DNA from: Lentimicrobiaceae bacterium
Lineage (GTDB): Bacteria > Bacteroidota > Bacteroidia > Bacteroidales > UBA4417
DNA length: 64,000 nucleotides
Reading direction: 5' to 3'
Assembly: GCA_031550085.1 (NCBI GenBank)
Contig: JAVBOY010000022.1
Location: 62,696-126,695 of the forward strand
Numbering within the stretch: the stretch's first letter is position 1; the number at the start of each line of letters is the position of its first letter. This document shows, one piece after another, positions 60,010-64,000 of this stretch. The position numbers were made by a program, and so were the translations under genes. Below the pieces are notes generated by a model that was not told the origin of the DNA, ran no database searches, and was given only the letters and a program-made list of their open reading frames with translations.

Positions 60010-61152
60010 TTACAAAGGAGGTTTATCTAACAGATCCAAAGCCGCATCCAGCCACACAAACACATCGACAGGGTAATTGCCTTTGTATACGTCGCTGCGT
60101 TTTTTTCCCAGGCGGACAACTACTGCGTTTTTATCGGGAATGACAAAAATATACTGCCCTAAAATGCCCCGGAAACAAGGAATTCGTAGATTTTTGTAAT
60201 CCAAAATCCAAAACTGGTACCCATAGTATGTGTTGGTATCGCCTTTGTCATCCCGGAGCCAGGTAGCAGGACTGGTTGCTTGCCGGATGTATTCTTTGGA
60301 AACAAGCTGTTTGCCCGCATAAAAACCGCTATCCAGCACCAATTGGCCCAAACGGGCAAAATCACGGGCATTGGAATTGAAACAGCAGTACGCTTTTTCA
60401 ATTCCATTTTTTGTATCCAAACTCCAAAGGGCGTCGTTTTCACAGCCCAGCGGTTTCCATAATTTTTCGGAAACAAAATCGGACAAAGTCTTGCCGGACA
60501 CACGTTCAATAAGGATCGATAATAATTGCGTATCGCCGCTGCGGTATTGATAAACCGTTCCGTTGGGTTCAATAGGAGTGAGGCCGGTGACCAATTGGGT
60601 TAAATTATTCCCGTAATATCCCTTTGTGGTAATTGAAAACAGCGAAGAATAACTTTCGTCCCAACTCAATCCCGAGCTCATCGTCAGTAAGTCCTGGATA
60701 GAAACCTGATTGCAGCCTTTTAATTCCGGAATAAATTCCGTGATTTTCTGATCCACGCTTTGGATTTTTCCTTCATCCAAAAGAATCCCGATGCAAAGCG
60801 AAACAATGCTTTTTGACATGGAAAACGAGTTGCTCCGGGAATTCTTTCCATAATCATCCCAATATTCTTCGTGGAGCAATTGGTTGTTTTGAGCGACCAA
60901 AAAAGCAACGGTTTGATAATCCTCAAACGGCTTTTTCAGGGAATCGGAAATGGGCGTCCGGTTGTACCGCTCATCCAACTGCCAGGGTACCGGGGTGCCT
61001 GCTTTTACCACCCGGTTTTCAAATATTTTGTAGTCGTCGATATTCGGTGCGGTGTAAACCAATGCCCGCTGCATATAGTAGGGAAGGCAAAACCAGGTGA
61101 TCACCAATGCGATCGGGAAGAGAATGGCAAACCATTTCAGGAACCGTTTCAT
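60010..61152 (-). CDS. Serine hydrolase (class C beta-lactamase/NylB-like)
   Basis: SMSK, LLTMSSGL, Y.Y.SGDT and YGYQFW motifs. Confidence 0.85.
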   Translation of the reverse strand: MKRFLKWFAILFPIALVITWFCLPYYMQRALVYTAPNIDDYKIFENRVVKAGTPVPWQLDERYNRTPISDSLKKPFEDYQTVAFLVAQNNQLLHEEYWDDYGKNSRSNSFSMSKSIVSLCIGILLDEGKIQSVDQKITEFIPELKGCNQVSIQDLLTMSSGLSWDESYSSLFSITTKGYYGNNLTQLVTGLTPIEPNGTVYQYRSGDTQLLSILIERVSGKTLSDFVSEKLWKPLGCENDALWSLDTKNGIEKAYCCFNSNARDFARLGQLVLDSGFYAGKQLVSKEYIRQATSPATWLRDDKGDTNTYYGYQFWILDYKNLRIPCFRGILGQYIFVIPDKNAVVVRLGKKRSDVYKGNYPVDVFVWLDAALDLLDKPPL

Positions 61153-61408
61153 AGCCGTATTTTTTTGATAAAATTAAAAAAAAATCAAGTTGTTATCTCC
61201 GGATTTTAGTAACGAAACAGGAAATCAAATTCAAATCAAATTTTCCGCAGAGGAATCCCACTGAATCGTACCATGCATTCAGCCCCTGATAAAACTCCTT
61301 TTTGGGGGTGGAATTTCGGAAAATCCGAGCCTAGTTTTGCTGAAAAATTTCGAAACGGCGGATTCCGAAAAGCCAACGAGTAGGAGCTAATTTAAATTTA
61401 TTATTTTC

Positions 61409-61957
61409 ATGAAAAAACTGCTTATTTTATGTGTTGCATTGTTTATCGGTGCACCGTTTGTATCGGCCCAAACTCCTACTTTTTGGGGGAAAGACAAAGT
61501 GGCTGGAATTGCAATAGGGTTCGGTAGTAACTTATATTCGGGTGTATTTTATACTGATGTAAAAACTACTCCTGCAATTTTGGGCCAGTTTGAATTATGT
61601 ATAAAAGATAACTTGTTTAACGACAAAAGTTCCATCGGTGTTGGTGGTATTATCGGTTATTCTTCTGCAAAAATCAGCAATGTATGGAAACGATCCAACT
61701 TTATTATTGGCGGGCGTGGAGTTTTCCATTATGCATTGGTTGACAAATTGGATACCTATGCAGGTTTAATGTTAGGGTATAATATTGTAAAATATAAATG
61801 GGAAGGAGGACTCGAAGTAAATAATACGAGCAGTAGTGGTGTAGTTCATTCGGAGTTTATCGGTGCCCGTTATTACTTTACCGATAATTTTGCTGCATTC
61901 GGTGAATTAGGGTATGGATATACATTCCTTAATTTAGGAGTTGCCTTGAAATTCTAA
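61409..61957 (+). CDS. Small outer-membrane beta-barrel protein
   Basis: Signal peptide, alternating beta strands, C-terminal F (GARYYF...ELGYG...GVALKF). Confidence 0.8.
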   Translation: MKKLLILCVALFIGAPFVSAQTPTFWGKDKVAGIAIGFGSNLYSGVFYTDVKTTPAILGQFELCIKDNLFNDKSSIGVGGIIGYSSAKISNVWKRSNFIIGGRGVFHYALVDKLDTYAGLMLGYNIVKYKWEGGLEVNNTSSSGVVHSEFIGARYYFTDNFAAFGELGYGYTFLNLGVALKF

Positions 61958-62038
61958 AAACGAATCTCCCTTTTCTGAAAAAGTTCGCCCATGGTGGCGG
62001 ACTTTTTTTTATCTTCGCCTTTTCAAGCACGTTATCGC

Positions 62039-62575
62039 ATGAAACGAAAAGAAATCCTGGAAAAATTTTGGGACATTGAAGATCGGGGCAAAATCCGGAT
62101 TCCATTGATTTTTAAGAACCCGACCCAACTATTTGAAAGCAATCTATCGATCCCATCCCAGAAACTACCTTTTATCAACCATGAAGTTTTTGAAGAACTG
62201 AACCGGATGTTAGAACATTTCTCATACAAAACAAAAATCGCTCTTTCATTTGCCTTTACCGATAAGCAAAATTATACCGACGCAGCCTTGCTGGATATCT
62301 TGCAAAGCAATTTCGAATTTCAAAAACAATTGCTGAAAAAAAATATCGTGAAAGTGTCGGCTGTTTCTATGGGTTTGGCGATTGCCGGATCCCTGTTGTT
62401 GCTGGTAAGTTATTTTCTGAATAGCCGGAATGTTTCACAACTTTTCTTTGATTTTGTCAACATCAGCGGGACTTTTATGGTTTGGGATGCTGTTTCGCGT
62501 TTCGTGATCGACCGTATTGCAAAATACCGCTCCATTAAGAAGTACGACAACATTCAAATCGAAATCGGCAAATAG
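62039..62575 (+). CDS. Hypothetical membrane protein (2 TM)
   Basis: ORF with two C-terminal hydrophobic helices. ATG at 62039 chosen because the upstream one lies in a terminator hairpin. Confidence 0.6.
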   Translation: MKRKEILEKFWDIEDRGKIRIPLIFKNPTQLFESNLSIPSQKLPFINHEVFEELNRMLEHFSYKTKIALSFAFTDKQNYTDAALLDILQSNFEFQKQLLKKNIVKVSAVSMGLAIAGSLLLLVSYFLNSRNVSQLFFDFVNISGTFMVWDAVSRFVIDRIAKYRSIKKYDNIQIEIGK

Positions 62576-62584
62576 AAAATATTC

Positions 62585-63073
62585 ATGTTTATACGAACCC
62601 AATCCATCGCAAATAAAAAATTAATCGGAATGTGTTTGCAAATGACTTTTGCAAATAATTTGACAACAAAACTCTGGCAGAGTTTTATGCCCCGCCGGCA
62701 TGAAATTACCAATGCCGCAAACCAATTGCTTTATTCAATACAAATATACCCGGAAACCTTTGATTTTAACCATTTCGATTTCAACCGGCCGTTCGAAAAA
62801 CGGGCAGCGGTAGAAGTTGCCGATTTCAGCAAAGTTCCGGAAGGAATGAAGGCCTTTGTATTGCCGGGCGGCTGGTACGCGCTTTTTTTGCATGCCGGGG
62901 CCCCGCAAGAAGGAGAACGGACATTCCGGTATATTTTTGAAGAATGGCTGCCCCAGTCGGGTTTTGTATTGGATCCGGCACGACCCCACTTTGAAGTGTT
63001 GGGGAAAAAATATAAAAACAATGCGCCCGATTCGGAAGAAGAAATCTGGATTCCCATAAAAAAACAAGTATGA
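62585..63073 (+). CDS. GyrI-like effector-binding protein
   Basis: LWQSFM, G.YA.F.H.G, YIFEEWLPQSG, RPHFE and EEEIWIPI motifs. Confidence 0.88.
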   Translation: MFIRTQSIANKKLIGMCLQMTFANNLTTKLWQSFMPRRHEITNAANQLLYSIQIYPETFDFNHFDFNRPFEKRAAVEVADFSKVPEGMKAFVLPGGWYALFLHAGAPQEGERTFRYIFEEWLPQSGFVLDPARPHFEVLGKKYKNNAPDSEEEIWIPIKKQV

Positions 63074-63110
63074 GCTATTTATTTTGATTACTTTTACATA
63101 AAAAATCAAA

Positions 63111-63626
63111 ATGAAACCCATCCTTCTTCTCATTCTGTCTTTCTTTTTTGGCTCAGCAGCGTTAAACGCGCAACAACTTCCTTTAGCTACCGAATACCCG
63201 AAAAAACAACTGGACTCCCTGTTAAATCGTTATTATTCGCAGGAAGCAAATGACATTAACCAGCCGCCGCAAACCGTACTGAACCGGTTTCAGGAGCATT
63301 TTCCAAAAGCCCGCGAAATCGATTGGGAAACGTACGATTACTTTTACGAAGCCGATTTTGAACAAAACAACGTCGACATCGTTGCTTTGTACGATTCGAA
63401 GGGAAATTTGCTCATGTGCCTGGTCGATATTACGAACCGTGACATTCCGGATGCTGTGAAAAAATCCGTGAATAACCGTTACAAAGGCTGGCGGATTGAC
63501 GATGCCGAAAAAATGTGCACCGCATATGAAACCCAATACCGGATTTACCTCGAAAAAAGTGGAAAAGAATTGAAAACCTTTTTTACCGACCGAGGCGAAT
63601 TTATTTCAGAAACGCCTCGTAATTAG
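63111..63626 (+). CDS. PepSY-like (BLIP-like/DUF2874) periplasmic protein
   Basis: Signal peptide and two P..V...F...(F/Y)P-type repeats with YEADF and YDSKG. Confidence 0.75.
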   Translation: MKPILLLILSFFFGSAALNAQQLPLATEYPKKQLDSLLNRYYSQEANDINQPPQTVLNRFQEHFPKAREIDWETYDYFYEADFEQNNVDIVALYDSKGNLLMCLVDITNRDIPDAVKKSVNNRYKGWRIDDAEKMCTAYETQYRIYLEKSGKELKTFFTDRGEFISETPRN

Positions 63627-63880
63627 TAGACAAGTTGACGAGAATTTCTTAATTACGAATGAAAATTTACGAATTACGAGTGTGTTTTTAACGCCGAATC
63701 TCTGTGCAACTCTGTGAATCCTCAGTGATCTCTGTGTAACTTTTTAAGGCAGAAAGGAAAAAGCAGAAAGGGTTTTAGACACAAATAAACAATTAAACAG
63801 TTCAACAATTCAACAAGCTACTCACCCTTCACTGTTCACGCTTCACAATTAAACAGTTCAACAACTCAACAATTGAGCAA
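63627..63880 (+). repeat. Intergenic mosaic repeat element, copy G
   Basis: gtagac/ttgacgag, aattacg, ctctgtg, gcagaaa, aaacaatt and ttcac arrays. Confidence 0.88.
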
Positions 63881-63885
63881 CTACC

Positions 63886-64000
63886 ATGTCCATTACCCAA
63901 CTCATTACCGCCAATTTGTGGTTCGATAGCCAGGCCGAAGAAGCCACACGCTTTTATACATCTATTTTTAAAAACGCCTCCATCGGCCGCATTACGCGTT
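63886..64000 (+). CDS. VOC/PhnB-family protein, 3'-truncated
   Basis: Manual translation: MSITQLITANLWFDSQAEEATRFYTSIFKNASIGRITR. Confidence 0.85.
   Translation, partial: MSITQLITANLWFDSQAEEATRFYTSIFKNASIGRITR

Noticed and set aside
60010-61152. Second resistance beta-lactamase
   Set aside because: Motifs fit generic NylB-like serine hydrolases; no KTG triad.
61245-61390. Structured RNA upstream of the beta-barrel gene
   Set aside because: Several small hairpins, but no recognisable family, and a -7 box (61332-61339) lies in the middle; insufficient support.

Overview
A 64-kb stretch of a Bacteroidota chromosome, probably Bacteroidales. The evidence is the TAnnTTTG promoter boxes, T9SS cargo proteins and EF-G2. 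It is mostly housekeeping and envelope genes (cysH, EF-G2, panB, aspA, pckA, lpxH, crcB, miaB, ssb, purC, mrp/nifU, a fused 2-oxoacid dehydrogenase E1, peptidases, T9SS proteins). Accessory items are an AbiE type IV toxin-antitoxin pair, a class A beta-lactamase, an orphan N6-adenine DNA methyltransferase and a Firmicutes-style ribDEAH operon under an FMN riboswitch. The most striking unexplained structure is a family of seven 250-560 bp non-coding mosaic elements. They are built from a shared set of 7-8-nt tandem-repeat modules plus near-identical 50-130 bp blocks in shuffled combinations. Every copy starts right after a stop codon and has the same polarity relative to transcription. Related modules appear to have been absorbed in frame into an RlmL-like rRNA methyltransferase, which also carries a 12 x 48-bp repeat tail. 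No CRISPR array, tRNA, rRNA, transposase or integrase was seen. All calls were made by eye, without database searches.
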